A stretch of 64,000 bases of DNA from Anthoceros angustus (Eukaryota > Plantae > Anthocerotophyta). The stretch spans positions 744,001-808,000 of the forward strand of contig VJWM01000019.1 of assembly GCA_010909165.1 (NCBI GenBank). The letters run 5' to 3'. Both the position numbers and the translations under genes were made by a program. The notes under the pieces are model-generated. The model had not been told where the DNA came from. It was given only the letters and a program-made list of their open reading frames with translations, and ran no database searches. Below are positions 50,247 through 62,324 of this stretch, piece by piece (position 1 is the stretch's first letter; each line of letters begins with the position of its first letter).

Positions 50247-51317
50247 TTATATGCTGTAGAGTCGTCGGTAGAACCTCCGGAACATGCCGTCTCTGAGCTG
50301 TGGTTCGGACAGTTTGTCATGCTCCATTCTTCCTGTGGCTAACAACGCGGCCACACGCCGATCTTCTGGGTCAAAATACTCATCCACCTGCGCTTTGCCC
50401 AACCGTGCGCACTCCTTTGCTCGATGGCGGGCCATGAGCTCCTCTTCTTCATCACTGTCCAGTTCAGTCTTCACTCTGGGAAGCTGTGGACCGTTCAAAC
50501 CATTCACATAATACTGTTTTTCGACGCACTGAGCCCTGAGAAAATCCCCCACATTGTCACTGAGCAGATACCAAGACTCCAAAGTGGCCTCATCCCATTC
50601 CAACACACTTGTGCGTAGGCAAGCAAACACCCTATAAAAAGCTCGTGGATAACCAATGGCAAAACGCCCCGCTTTCTCTCTATGCAAATGACTGAGCCAC
50701 ACTTTCAAACTTCGCAAGTCAGCTGGCTTCTCCTTGTGTCTATACATCAGGAATCCTTCTTTAGGCCAATGATCAAACACCTGATGCATAAACAGATGAT
50801 GTTCCAACTTTCGGAATGCCCCCTCACAGTAACTAATCCATACGAAGCTTTGTCTGTTCATGCCCCTGCCTGCCAACTCAAAAAGATCCCGATGATCATA
50901 AGGAAAACTTTCGATGTTGCAGGTCTCATGATGTGATTCTACATACAGCAAAAATGCTTGTAACTCCAGAAATGTCTCGGGTCGTTCGGGCTTGCCCGGC
51001 TGATATTTCCTCACCAAAGGCGTCTTCCATTTGTCTTCCCATGGTCTATCTGGAAACTGTGGAATACTAGTGTTCATCCGGCAAAAACACGATTCGCAAG
51101 TGTGGTCCGCTTCCATATCCATGTTAGCAATCTGTGTTAGGCCCACGGTTAACCCCCCACTTGATGCCCACACAATTGGAGGACGGGTGCCTTCAGTATT
51201 TGTCGAACCACCAAATGAACTGATCTGATTCTCTGGAGATGACCTGTGCCCTGTTGCTGACTTTGCCAGGCAAGTGTCAAGCTTGCCAATCAACACATGC
51301 TGTCCTGATTTTACCAA
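50247..51317 (-). CDS. ORF-X: 356-aa accessory protein of unknown family, 3' of pol
   Basis: Uninterrupted ORF. A clearly homologous ORF sits at the same position in copy 2 (e.g. EKQYYVNGLNGPQ..RVKTELDSDEEEELMARHRA). Confidence 0.75.
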   Translation of the reverse strand: MVKSGQHVLIGKLDTCLAKSATGHRSSPENQISSFGGSTNTEGTRPPIVWASSGGLTVGLTQIANMDMEADHTCESCFCRMNTSIPQFPDRPWEDKWKTPLVRKYQPGKPERPETFLELQAFLLYVESHHETCNIESFPYDHRDLFELAGRGMNRQSFVWISYCEGAFRKLEHHLFMHQVFDHWPKEGFLMYRHKEKPADLRSLKVWLSHLHREKAGRFAIGYPRAFYRVFACLRTSVLEWDEATLESWYLLSDNVGDFLRAQCVEKQYYVNGLNGPQLPRVKTELDSDEEEELMARHRAKECARLGKAQVDEYFDPEDRRVAALLATGRMEHDKLSEPQLRDGMFRRFYRRLYSI

Positions 51318-51909
51318 TCTTGAAACGATTTAATCCCAATTTCGTCTCACCTGCACGCCGTTCAGTCAGAGTGACTTGCCGCTTATGCGGCAGACAGATC
51401 ATGCACGCTCCACTCCCTGCACTCGTGCCCAGATGCCTGGCGCCGCAACCACCCTGGCAATTGCTCTTCACATCCCAACCCCTCTGCTGCAATCCTCCTT
51501 CTCATTGTTTGTTGCTTGGGCTGCCTAGGGTCTCCACCTACAACCTACATGCACTGGCGGCAATCTGGATGAACGCTCCACCGTGCGTTCAGGCTCCAGT
51601 ATGCTCCACGCTTTATTGCCCTTCCTCGTCTGCAGCTGCAACAAATCACTTCCATGCACCGCCACCTAATGACTGATGCACTCAACGCTGACTACCTGAA
51701 TTTCTCCAACAAATCGCCGAGCTTTCTCCAGCACATCGCTGAATCCTCCAGCAAATCGCTGAATCCTCCAGCAAATCACTGAATCCTCTCGTCCCCGCTA
51801 GTTCCTTCGCCTACACTTTACTCCTCTCGCACTTGCCGGCCATACTGTACGCCTCACACAACCCGTGTACTGACAAAAGCAAATAACGGGCTTTATGGGC
51901 CTACCCTTC

Positions 51910-52296
51910 TTATTGAAGTTCTTTCTGCACACCCACACCGTGAGTGTGCATTTCACTTAGCCCCCCAGCTTCCTTTCGCCCTAGCCTTTCCGTCGTACAC
52001 TTGTGACAAAACCACTCCCCTTCTGGAATTGCCTTCAGTGGTGGCCAAAGACAAAACACATGATGCCCTTGGTTGCATTGATCACATAATAACATCAGTT
52101 CAGGATCAGTGATTTGACCACAGTGTTCGCAGGGCAGGTCAATAGGTGGCTTCCATGCCTGGGGTTGTGTGCGCGTGTCAAGATTCGGCAAGTGGCATGG
52201 GGCCAGATGTCGCATGTGCCCCTTGCATCGGCGCCCGTCTTGCCCTTCCAACTCAATGACCCCTTGCTCACCAACGTTCACTACTCGCAAAATCAA
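51910..52296 (-). CDS. Integrase C-terminal extension with PHD finger
   Basis: CEHCGQITDPELMLLCDQCNQGHHVFCLWPPLKAIPEGEWFCHKC fits the C4HC3 PHD pattern. Confidence 0.92.
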   Translation of the reverse strand: MILRVVNVGEQGVIELEGQDGRRCKGHMRHLAPCHLPNLDTRTQPQAWKPPIDLPCEHCGQITDPELMLLCDQCNQGHHVFCLWPPLKAIPEGEWFCHKCTTERLGRKEAGGLSEMHTHGVGVQKELQ

Positions 52297-53300
52297 TCAT
52301 CCCGTGCTCACGTCCAAAGTGCCAGAAGGACAATGTTGAAGATATACGAAGTCAACTACTTCGAATTTCCTAGCCTTTGGCTTCCATGATCCTCCTTGCG
52401 TGAATGCGTACCTCAGCTGGTCTCGGTGTTGTGCGATAGCCAGATTATCCATTGCCATGGGTATCACTCGTTGTAACAACTTGGCCCTGTTTCGTAACTC
52501 TGAGAAGCATTCATTCACATTTTGTGTCCAATTCACTGGTTTGGAATACGTATCCGCTACTATGTTGGGCAGCACAGCATTCCTGCCAAACATGATATAA
52601 TAAGGACTGAAGTTGCCTAGGGCTGCCTGTACACTGATTATGTAGCCCAAGGCAACATTAGCAACTCATCCCAACAATTAGGCTCGACCTCCGTGCAGTA
52701 CTTGCGAAGGGCATCCTTGAAAGTTTGCACCAGCCTTTCGGCTAAACCATCCGCCTGAGGATGGTCCCGTGATGTGCGTCTGTGATCTATCAAACTCCGA
52801 TCTAACAACGCTTGGAACTCACCTCTGAATTCGTTTCCTTGATCTGTCAGCACCTCTGCACAGCTTCCATACCTGCTCAAAACACTACTGTAGGAAAGCC
52901 CGGGCCATGAATTGTGATGTCCTGACTAGAAGGAATGCCAATTCCACCCACTTGGAGAAATGTTCTATCATAAGCATACAATGCTTGTTGCCTTGCTTGG
53001 TCAATGGTAGCTCGGCATGAGGTCAACGGACCATCGAAAGAACAATCCCCGAATGGGCAGCGAATGCAGCACCACATCCTGGCTGTTGAACCTTGCCTTA
53101 ACTACATCACAAGCAGCACACTTCGCCACCACTCGCTCGACATTGGCATACATTCCAGACCAAAAATATGCATTCTTCAGCATGTGATGTGTCCTTTTCA
53201 CACCGAAATGCCCAAGTGTCATGTGCACCTTACTCACTATCTGTTCTCATTCCTCTATGGGAGGCACCTCTTTACTCATTCCATGATCTGTCACAAATAA
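52297..53300 (-). pseudogene. Gypsy integrase (HHCC zinc finger and catalytic core), frameshifted
   Basis: HMTLGHFGVKRT...YFWSGMYANVERVVAKCAAC; WSVDL; VLTDQGNEF; HPQADGLAERLVQTFK. Confidence 0.93.
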
Positions 53301-54850
53301 CTTACCATCCCTCCATGTGTAGCGCATGACTTTCCGTCGTAGTTTCTGAATTGCTGCAGCATCCAGTCCAGCTACCTGTCCCTCCTTCAATAGCTGCATA
53401 GCATGTTCATATTTCCATATGTCTCGTCCTCCCTCATTGAGTTGTTTTCCTCCTTCCTGCTGTGTGGCCATGAGTGCCATATACATGCTCCGCATGTAAC
53501 GAGCATGCCCGAAATCCTGTCGCGCACCAGTCGTATCCCTGTCATCAGATATCGGGTTTCTGCTAAGTCCATCAGCATTGTGGTGCACTTTGCCTGCCCG
53601 ATGCACTATATGCATATCGTACTCTGACAGCAGCAACGCCCACCTCGCAAGCTTGCCATCAACTTCATATTCGTCATTAGCCAGTGCAACGGCTGGTGGT
53701 CAGTCACGAGCTGAAAGCTCCTGCCAAACAAATAAATTCTGAAGTGTATGACCGCCCACACAGCAGCTAGTACGATGAGTAGGTTAGATTCCGTGGAGTT
53801 GTTCGACCTACTTGCATACGCAATCACTCTTTCTCTTCCTTCCCCATCTACCTGTGCAAGGACGGCCCCGATTCCAGTTGCACTCCAGTCGGTATACAGG
53901 ATGAACGGTTTGTCAAAATCAGGCCGCTTAAGCATAGGCCTTTCTGACAATTGGGCCTTTAATTCCTGCCAAGCGTGTTCATGTTTCTGCTCCCACTGCC
54001 ACTGTACTCCCTTCTTCAACAAGTCATACAATACCTTGCAAGTGCTGCTCATGTCTCTTATGAACCGGCGATAGTAGTTGATGAGTCCTAAGAATGCCCT
54101 CAACGCAGCGACATCCCGTGGTCTAGCGTAAGATTGACAGCCTGCACCTTTGCTAGTTGTGGCAACACACCTCCTAGGACAAGATATTCTATCTCTTTGT
54201 AGGCAAACTTGCACTTCTTTGGATGTGCCTTCAGTCCCGAACTGGACAATCTTTGCAGTAATGTTTCGAGGTGTTGAATGTGCTCCTCCAAACTGTCGCT
54301 GAACACCAAAATATCATCAATGTAACACCTTACGAATGGCAGCCCTTGCAACTCCAAGTCCGCCACTCGCTGGAAATAAATGGAAGCGTTTTTCAACCCG
54401 AATGGCATCATCTCCCATTCCCACAACTGCTCTTTGCCCCAGAAGGCCGTCTTGCACTTATCTTCTTCCTCGATGATGATTTGATTGAAACCAGAGCGAA
54501 AATCCAACGTCGTGAAATATTTGGCTTTGCCAATCGCATCAAAGATTTCATCTGGGGTAGGCATGGGATATCGTTCCATAGACATTACCTCATTCAGTGC
54601 TCGATAATCTCCACATATCCGTCTGTCCTTCCATTCGCCATTTTCATCTTTCTTTAGTGGGAGGACCGTGGCCGCAACATATTGCGAGCTTGATTTCCGA
54701 ATTAGTCCAGCTGCAAGTTCCTTGCACCATTTATCCACAATGTCCCATTCTGTTGGGCTCAACTTGTGCCGTCTTCGGAAGATCGGCTCGTTGGTGGTGG
54801 TAACAATTTTGAACTTGATGCGTTCATAACGTCCCAGCTCTTGCTAGCTG
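53300..54850 (-). pseudogene. Gypsy reverse transcriptase and RNase H
   Basis: RICGDYRALN; YFTTLDFRSGFNQI; KTAF; MPFGLKNA; [10 protein letters not shown]; [16 protein letters not shown]; VIAYASR; LVTDHQPL. Confidence 0.95.
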
Positions 54851-55099
54851 AATGCAAAGGTACCCCGATTCCTTTCCAGCATATCCCGGATCCTTCGCTG
54901 ATCCTCATTGTCCAGATCTTCACATATCTGCCATGTGTGAGTCGATTGCTCATTCGTGCTTTCCGTCGGTGGTGAAACCTGTTCTGCACTATTTGCAGCA
55001 TTAGTGTACTTGTCCTGACGGCTTGGAAACTCTTCTCCTTCATCCATCATCTGTATGTGGCCTTCCTTTCCTTTCTGACTTGCAGCCAGCTGTATGGCC

Positions 55100-56050
55100 A
55101 TTCCCACACTCACCAACCATTGTAAACAGGTCAGGTCAAACGCTTGTCCCAGAAGTTTGCATCTGTAAGCTTCCGACACACCTCGCGTGTAGGCTAGGTG
55201 CTGCTGTCGTCAAAGTCCATCGCTCGCTCCCGCTCTGCTATCGTGGGCTCCCCCACTTCCTCACCATTCATGTTCAACACCATGCCTGCACCACCTCGGC
55301 GAAAGGCATATGACTGTGCCGTACTGACCATTGTGGGCCATGCTCTTCTGGGCTCTCCCACAACATTGACAGGATAGTGCGGCAACTTATCCATCTTGTT
55401 CACCTGTTGCGATCGCCTGGCCTCATCAAGGATCTCATCCAAGCTCCGCTTGCTTGGTGTGGTCAAACTTGATCTGCCTGAGCATTTCCACACTTGCAAT
55501 GTTCGTCCAAAAACTGCGGACATGGTGAGTGTGTGATTGTGTTTGTACCGCGTCAATGATGAACTCATCTCCCAGCCAGCTTCTGAGCTTTTCATAGCTT
55601 TTTCTCACATGATCCCTTTTGTCAAAAGCTCCGCAAACATTCTCCAATAAGTACCAACATGCCGGATTGCACTGCTGCACTTCTCTCAGAATCCGTATTA
55701 CCTCCTCCGCCAGCTGCACACCGTTGCCTCGACCACGTCCAGCCTTGGAGAAGGTCTTGCACTCCCATCCTGCAATCATCATGTCAGCGGGCATCTTCGC
55801 CTCTGGTGTGACTTTCCACATCACATCGTGGCAGAGTCTGCAGTGCACAACCTTTCATGGCTTCCATGCTTAACAGTCTCGGATACATTTTTTGTAACTT
55901 GAGAATCCTAGATCTGGCCACCGCCCGAGTTTTTTCATTGATCTCTACACACGTATACTTCCGTATCCGAATCCCACATCGTAAGACGCACTCCAATCCG
56001 CTACTAATCCTTGAACACAATTCCATGAGATGAATTCCCTGTTCATGGGC
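55100..56050 (-). pseudogene. DNMT3-like C5 cytosine DNA methyltransferase domain within pol, between protease and RT; frameshifted
   Basis: Motifs in canonical order: I/II IHLMELCSRISSGLECVLRCGIRIRKYTCVEIN; IV DMMIAGWECKTFSKAG; VI WYLLENV; VIII FIIDAVQTQSHTHHVRSFWTNI; IX ERERAMDF; X RCKLLGQAFDLTCLQWL. Confidence 0.85.
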
Positions 56051-56345
56051 TCGCCATTGAATCACTTGGTTGTTGATCCGTAGATTCAGATCTCCTATGA
56101 CTGCTCGCTTGGGCAAGCTTCTTTCCGGACAGTTGCTGGTGACTCGCCACACCTGCATCTATTGCTGTCGAATACGCTCTCTCTCCAAAGCTTCCTTCAC
56201 GAGTGGTGTATAGATTACACGCATATCATTCGATGTTGTGCCTTCTTCCGACACCTCATTACGCGCCAGGTCCTGTGTCTCTTCCCACACCTCCTCTCTG
56301 TGAACACTTCCGGCCACGCAAGGCGTGAATGCCCAACATGCTTCT

Positions 56346-57115
56346 TCACCTTTCACCATGTCTTCTCATATCCAGAGGAATTCTGGCAACATGTGTGAAG
56401 TCTCCATCCCGCCACCTCGGCCTATAGAACGCCATAGAGTGCAGCGGATCCACCCCCATTGCTGGTCCATGTGTGGCATCTGCACCCAGCAACACATCGT
56501 AATTCCGTGCATCTGAAACTAAACAGTGTACTTCCACCACACATGCATCTGCTGTCCCCGGCTTATACTCTATTCGAATCGGATCACGAGTCATCCCCAT
56601 CACCTGTTCTTTGGTACCTGCAGATGTGGTAATCCGTACCTCACACGGCTTAAGCTTGTCTCCATATAGCTGGAGTGCCTCTTGCACTCGTGCCCCAAGC
56701 AGCACGGGATTTGCACCAGTGTCTACTAGCACACACTCCGGTGCAAAACCATTGACAGTGACCTCCCGTTCTTGATTCTTCGCTAAAGCTATGCCACCTT
56801 TCCCCCTGGCTGCTGGTTTTAAATGATCACCACGTAGGCAGACAAGCCCGGACACCATGTCCAATTCAGTGGCTTCCTTCTTAATCCAAGCCCGCATTGC
56901 TTGCTTGAATGGTTGTGCCCGAATTCCCAGGTCACGCAAACTTACCATGGGTGTATCCATGGCCTTTTCTAACAGGATCTCTGCATTTGGAGCCACCTTA
57001 TCCTAATGTGCTGTGACGTCCTCGTCCTGGATCTGTCTAAAGGACTTGGGCAATTTCAACTGATTCCTATCCTCACCCGTCTTCACTTTCACACCTTCGC
57101 CGAAATCAATGCCTC
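56346..57115 (-). pseudogene. Retroviral-type aspartic protease and upstream pol sequence
   Basis: CVLVDTGANPVLLG (DTG catalytic motif) and YDVLLGAD. Coding-like sequence continues up to the copy-2 junction at 57116. Confidence 0.9.
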
Positions 57116-57806
57116 TGTCACGCTACTGGCTGCATAGCGTTCAAGACACACGGAAAAATTATGTGGAGAGCGTTCACAATAACCCGCACCCAAACAAACC
57201 AACACACGCAATGCTCATCTTAAAATTTATTCAAAGCGCCAATGGCAAAATTTCATTTCGGCTTGGATGTAGGATCCAACTCGCTCACCCACACTTCAGC
57301 TAAGAGTGCAAGGAAACTTCGTTGCTACCGGGGATCCGTATGGCTGCTCCTAGAACAAACATCGCAATCCGCGCTCCGGCTTGCCATCTTATCACCTAAG
57401 TGCTTGGCGCGCCTTCATGAACCACGGGTGCCCTCGGCGGCCTTGACACCCTCCCACGAAAAGGCGGGCGATGCCTCCGTGGGCAATAATTACGCGCAAT
57501 TACGGGTGATCATGATTTTGACACCCGCTACCCACCGCGATTTGTGGCCATCCTCACAACCTCGACGCATGTCATTGCATGCACATCCAACATGCATGCC
57601 CACCATGCATGCCCATAAGCGAACATACATACCACATTCATGCACATACATGCACCCATACCCTTCATACCATTTCATCGGTGGCATGGCGGTCGCTTCT
57701 GTACATAGCGTTCAAGACACGGAAAATTATGTGGAGGCGTTCACAATAACCCGCAAACAAACCAACACCGCAATGCTCATCTTAAGGCATTCAAAGCGCC
57801 AATGGC
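57116..57806 (-). repeat. 3' LTR-like block of copy 2 with terminal direct repeats (57116-57247, ~57691-57806)
   Basis: CATAGCGTTCAAGACAC...CAAAGCGCCAATGGC occurs twice. The spacer is homologous to the copy-1 spacer (GGGATC..TATGGCTG..C...ACATC.CAATCCGCGCTC). Confidence 0.7.
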
Positions 57807-57854
57807 CCCCAAAGTAGCGGCTGCCATTGCTGTTGAAGTAACTTGGGCATCATA

Positions 57855-58800
57855 TCCCATAAAACCTTCTATAAACGGAAACATACTATCACGAAGTTGG
57901 GAGAAGGGCATTCTACTCTGCGTCACAGCCAGCGCCACCCGCCTCTCTTGAGTTAGTATTCGTCCACTTGTGCCTTCCCCAGCCTCTGCCGTTCTCTGGC
58001 TCGATGGCGAGCCATAAGTTCTTCTTCCTCATCACTGTCAAGCTCCGTCTTGACTCTGGCCATCTGTGGCCCATTCAAGCCATTCACGTAGTACTGCTTT
58101 TCGATGCACTGGGTGCGTAAATAATCACCGACGTTGTGGTTGAGCAAGTACCAGCACTCGGTGGTAGGCTCATCCCATTCTAGAATTCCTGTCTGCAAGC
58201 AAGCAAACAGGCGGTAAAAAGCTCTGGGGTAGCCTATGGCGTCGTCCTGCTTTCTCCCGATGTAAATGACTAAGCCACACTTTCAAAGCTGCGCCGTCTG
58301 CGGGTTTCTCCTGCTTATACACGAAACCCTTCCTTGGGCGTGATCAAACACGATGCATAAAGAGGTGATGCTCCAATTTGCGAAATGCCCTTCACGAGCT
58401 AGTCCACACGAGCGTTTGCCTATTCATTCCCTCCACGCAAGTTCAAACAAATCCTTGTGGTCATATGGAAAATTTTGACCTTGCAAGTCTCATGATGAGA
58501 CTCCACATACAAAATGCCTGTAATTCGGGAATGTCTCGGCCGTTACGGTTTGCCGGTGATATTTGCGAACGAGTCGCCACTTATCTTCCCATGGCGCTCG
58601 AAATTGGGGCACACTATGATGCATCCTGCGGAAGCAGGTCTTACATGTGTGATCTGCTTCCAGATCCATTGTCACAGCTCTACACCACACCACAGTCTCC
58701 TGCCGTTAGTCGCGCTGTCACAATTCCCACCCGCTCTGCCAGCATGCAGGTGAAGACTTCGTCAGTGGCTTTTTCTACGGCATCGCCAACCGTTGGTGTC
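57855..58800 (-). pseudogene. ORF-X homologue in copy 2, frameshifted
   Basis: MDLEADHTCKTCFRRMHHSVPQF..PWEDKW..VRKY; LEWDEPTTECWYLLNHNVGDYLRTQCIEKQYYVNGLNGPQ. Confidence 0.8.
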
Positions 58801-61800
58801 GGCCAACCTACAGTCACCCGGGAACAACCGTGCTCACAAGGGCGCGGTTGTCGTGTAGCAGAGGCTCTCAATTCCACCAGGGTTGTGAGCTTGTCTTCCC
58901 CTCCGAATCAGAAGCGCGACCTCAATCCACAGATGACCAACAAATCACCTTGATGCAGGGATGCCACGCTTGCGATCCGTTCCTCATGATGCCAGATGCT
59001 TCAGTCGCGAGCTGTTGTTGTGCCCACGGGCGTCCTGATGACCTCCTATCGCCAACGCCGCCCACCTTGTGCTGTTGGCCCAATTCGCCGCGATGCTTAG
59101 TTTGCGCCCCCTGTCCATCACGTGTGCCTCACCAGTGCCTTAGTGCGGAACCTCTCGTGGCTATTTCTACACTGATAACCTAACCCTTTGCCTGAACAAG
59201 TATGACCCCGTTTCTGCGGTAGGGCTTCAAACACTCATATCTGTTGTATTGCCATCATCCAAAAACATCTTTGTTACTACCCACTCATGCTCCTTGCGCT
59301 GGCTTGAGCGGGCTCTTTGCGAATAGACCCTATTGGGTCGTGGTTGGCGAACTTGCAACATTCATGAGGCACACGGCCCCTGACCACTTGATTTGCTTGT
59401 GGATGAGCACACGATCCATTCCATTCACCGGAATGGTTACGAGTGGCGGTCGCAAGCAAAAAACGTGATACCCTCCGTTGCATTTGTCACAAAGCAACAT
59501 CAGATCGATGCGTGACCGCAGAACTCACAAGGCAGATCAATCGGTGGTTTCCATGCCTGCGGTTGCGTTCTTGTGTCGAGATTGGGCAAGTGGCACGGTG
59601 CCAGGTGTCGCATGTGCTCCTTGCACCGACGCCCATCTTGCCCTTCCAACTCAATCACCCCTTGCTCACCGACGTGGACTACTCGCAGATCAAGCGTCCG
59701 GTGCTCACATCTAAAGTAGTTGAGGGTCGATCTGCGAGTAAAGCAATCGCGCCTCAAACTTCCTTGCTTTGGGTTTCCGATCCTCCACGGTGAATGCATA
59801 TCGAAGTTGGTCCCGATGTTGGGCTATAGCAAGATTATCCATGGCCATTGGCATCACTTAAACGACTTTGCTCTTGCTTGCAATTCGACAAACATCCCAT
59901 AGGATCCTGTCCACGGGCTTGGAGTAAGTGCTACTATGTTTGGCATGATTGCATTTCGCCAAACATGATGTAGTAGGGGTTACAAGTAGCTTGCTTGATT
60001 CGGTATCCTAGAGCTACATAAGGCAATAGCTCGTCCCGGCAGCGGGCTCTATCTCCATACAATATTGCGAGAGTCCTTGAAGGTGGACTAACGCTCCGCC
60101 AACCCATCGACTGGGTGATCCGGGAGGTTAAATGCGATCTATCGGACTTGATCCAGTGCTTGAAACTCTCCTCGAAACTCATTGCCTTGGTCGTCCTCGG
60201 CAAGTATCTGCGAGAACACATTGCAAAACGCCTGCGGTATATTGCGAACCGATTGGCGGAAGGCCAACTCCACCCACCAAATGTTCGATCATCAACATAC
60301 AATGTCATTGCCTGCACGGTATGGTAGTTCGGCATTAGATCAAGACCATCGAAGAAAAGTCCCGATGGGTAGCGAATGCAACACCATATCTTGGTGGAGA
60401 ATCGGCCTTCTTTGCATCACAGCGGCACATTTGGCCACCACCTTTTCAACGCTCGCATACATGCGACCAAAAGTACGCATTTTCAACATATGATGAGTCC
60501 GCTTCACTCCAAAGTGGCCAAGCGTGACATGTACCTTAGTCACCAATTGCCTCCTCTCTCCTATGGGTGGTACTTCCTTGAGCACTCCACGATCCGTGAC
60601 CCACACCTTCGTTTTCATAAGTGTGTGACGATTTTCCGTTGTAGTTTTGCTGAGGCATCCATACCGGGGACTGTCCATCCGTAGCGGTATGTAAGCTTGC
60701 TCATTCTTCCATATGTCTCTTCCTCCCTCGGTTGCCTTCCATCTTCACATTACCTGTGACATGAGGCCATGTAATAGCGGGCATGCTTTGAATGAGTTTA
60801 AAGTCTGCCTTGCTCCGATCACATCTCCTTTGTCGCACATTGGGTTTCTCGAGACCGTCGGCATTGAGATGCACTTTACCGCTCGGTGCACTGTCGCATG
60901 TCATATTCGGCGATAAAAGCGCCCATCGGGCAAGTTTTCCACTCGTTTTCATATTTGTCATCAGCCGGTGAAGGGCGATGATGCATGTTTCAAGTTAAGC
61001 TCCAAACAAATACACTCGAAATGTAAAACCGCCAAGCGCGCGGGCATTCCCTTCATACGATGAGTAGTTTGCTTCGCAGCATTGTTGGACCTACTTGCAT
61101 GTCGACAACTCGCTCCTTTCCTTCTTCATGCATGCCAAGACTCCAAGACCGCACTCGGTCAGTATATAAGACAAATGGCTTATCAAAATCGAGCCTTTTG
61201 AGCATTGGCCTTCCGCTATTGGTTCTTCAACTCCACCTGCTTTGTTCATGCTTGTCCCCATCGCCAAGGCACTCCCTTCTTGAGCAATTCATACAGTACC
61301 TTGCATATGCTGCTCATGTTTCGGACAAACCGGCGGTAGTAATTGACAAGTCCCAGAAATGCCCTTAAGGCGGCAATGTCTCTAGGCCGGGGCATGAGAT
61401 CAATTGCCCGCACCTTGGCCAGCTGAGGCAACACCCCACCTGGAACTATCTTATGCCCCAGGTACTCTATCTCCTTGTAAGCAAACTTGCATTTCTTTGG
61501 GTGTGCCTTCAATCCTGATTTGGCCAATCTTTGCAGCAAAATCTCAAGGTGTTGGAGATGTTCTTCCAGGCTGTCACTGAACACTAAGATGTCGTCGACG
61601 TAACATCTTACAAGCAGCGATCCACAGAACTCCAAATCGACCACCGCTGAAAATAAATGGATGCTTTTCAAACCAAATGGCATTGTTTCCCACTCCACAG
61701 TGGTCCTTACCCCAAAGCGGTCTTGCACTTGTCTCTTTCTTGATGACTATTTGATTGAATCGACGGAAATCCAATGTAGTGAAATACTTGGCACCAATGG

Positions 61801-62324
61801 CATCAAAGATTTCATCCGGCGTTGGCATGGGATATCGCTCCATGGGTGTCACCTCATTCAAAGCACGATAGTCTCCACACATCCTTCTGTCGTTCCATTC
61901 GCCATTCTCATCCTTTTTTAACGGCAACCACGGTTGCGCGATATGCGGTGGACTTCGATTAGTCCAGCGCCGACTCCTTGCATCTCCTATCCACAATGTC
62001 CCTCCATGGGACTCACTGCCTCGAATCTTGGTTCATTGGTGGTAGTGGTGATCTTGAATTTGATCACGATCCTTGCATTGACTGTGCGAAGGTGTGCGGT
62101 TCTGCGGCATATCCGAATCTTACATTGATCGACTTCTTCTAACTCTTCGCATATCTGCCACTCATGCGTTGAGTTTACGCTGTGGGTGTTCTCTCTTGTC
62201 GTCACAGTCCCTGCAGTGTTCGCCGTATTATCTCCTTTGTGTCGCTGTATTGGAAACTCGCCTTCTTCAAGCACTGATAGACGCATATCACCTCCCGCCT
62301 TGCACATATCTATTTGTGTGGCCA

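Larger units (their letters stand above)
49414..57115 (-). mobile_element. Ty3/gypsy LTR retrotransposon copy 1: PR, DNMT, RT, RNase H, INT, PHD, ORF-X, terminal block; 5' part cut by copy 2
   Basis: Domain order PR-RT-RH-INT is gypsy-type. The terminal block begins with TGTCGCG at 49414. See the domain entries. Confidence 0.92.

Noticed and set aside
55100-56050. DNMT segment as a host DRM/CMT gene into which the retrotransposon inserted
   Set aside because: Motif order is unpermuted (DRM is circularly permuted), there are no introns or chromo/BAH/UBA domains, and it occupies the same position directly upstream of RT in two diverged elements.
59100-59420. Chromodomain after the PHD finger
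   Set aside because: No aromatic-cage chromodomain pattern seen in either copy.
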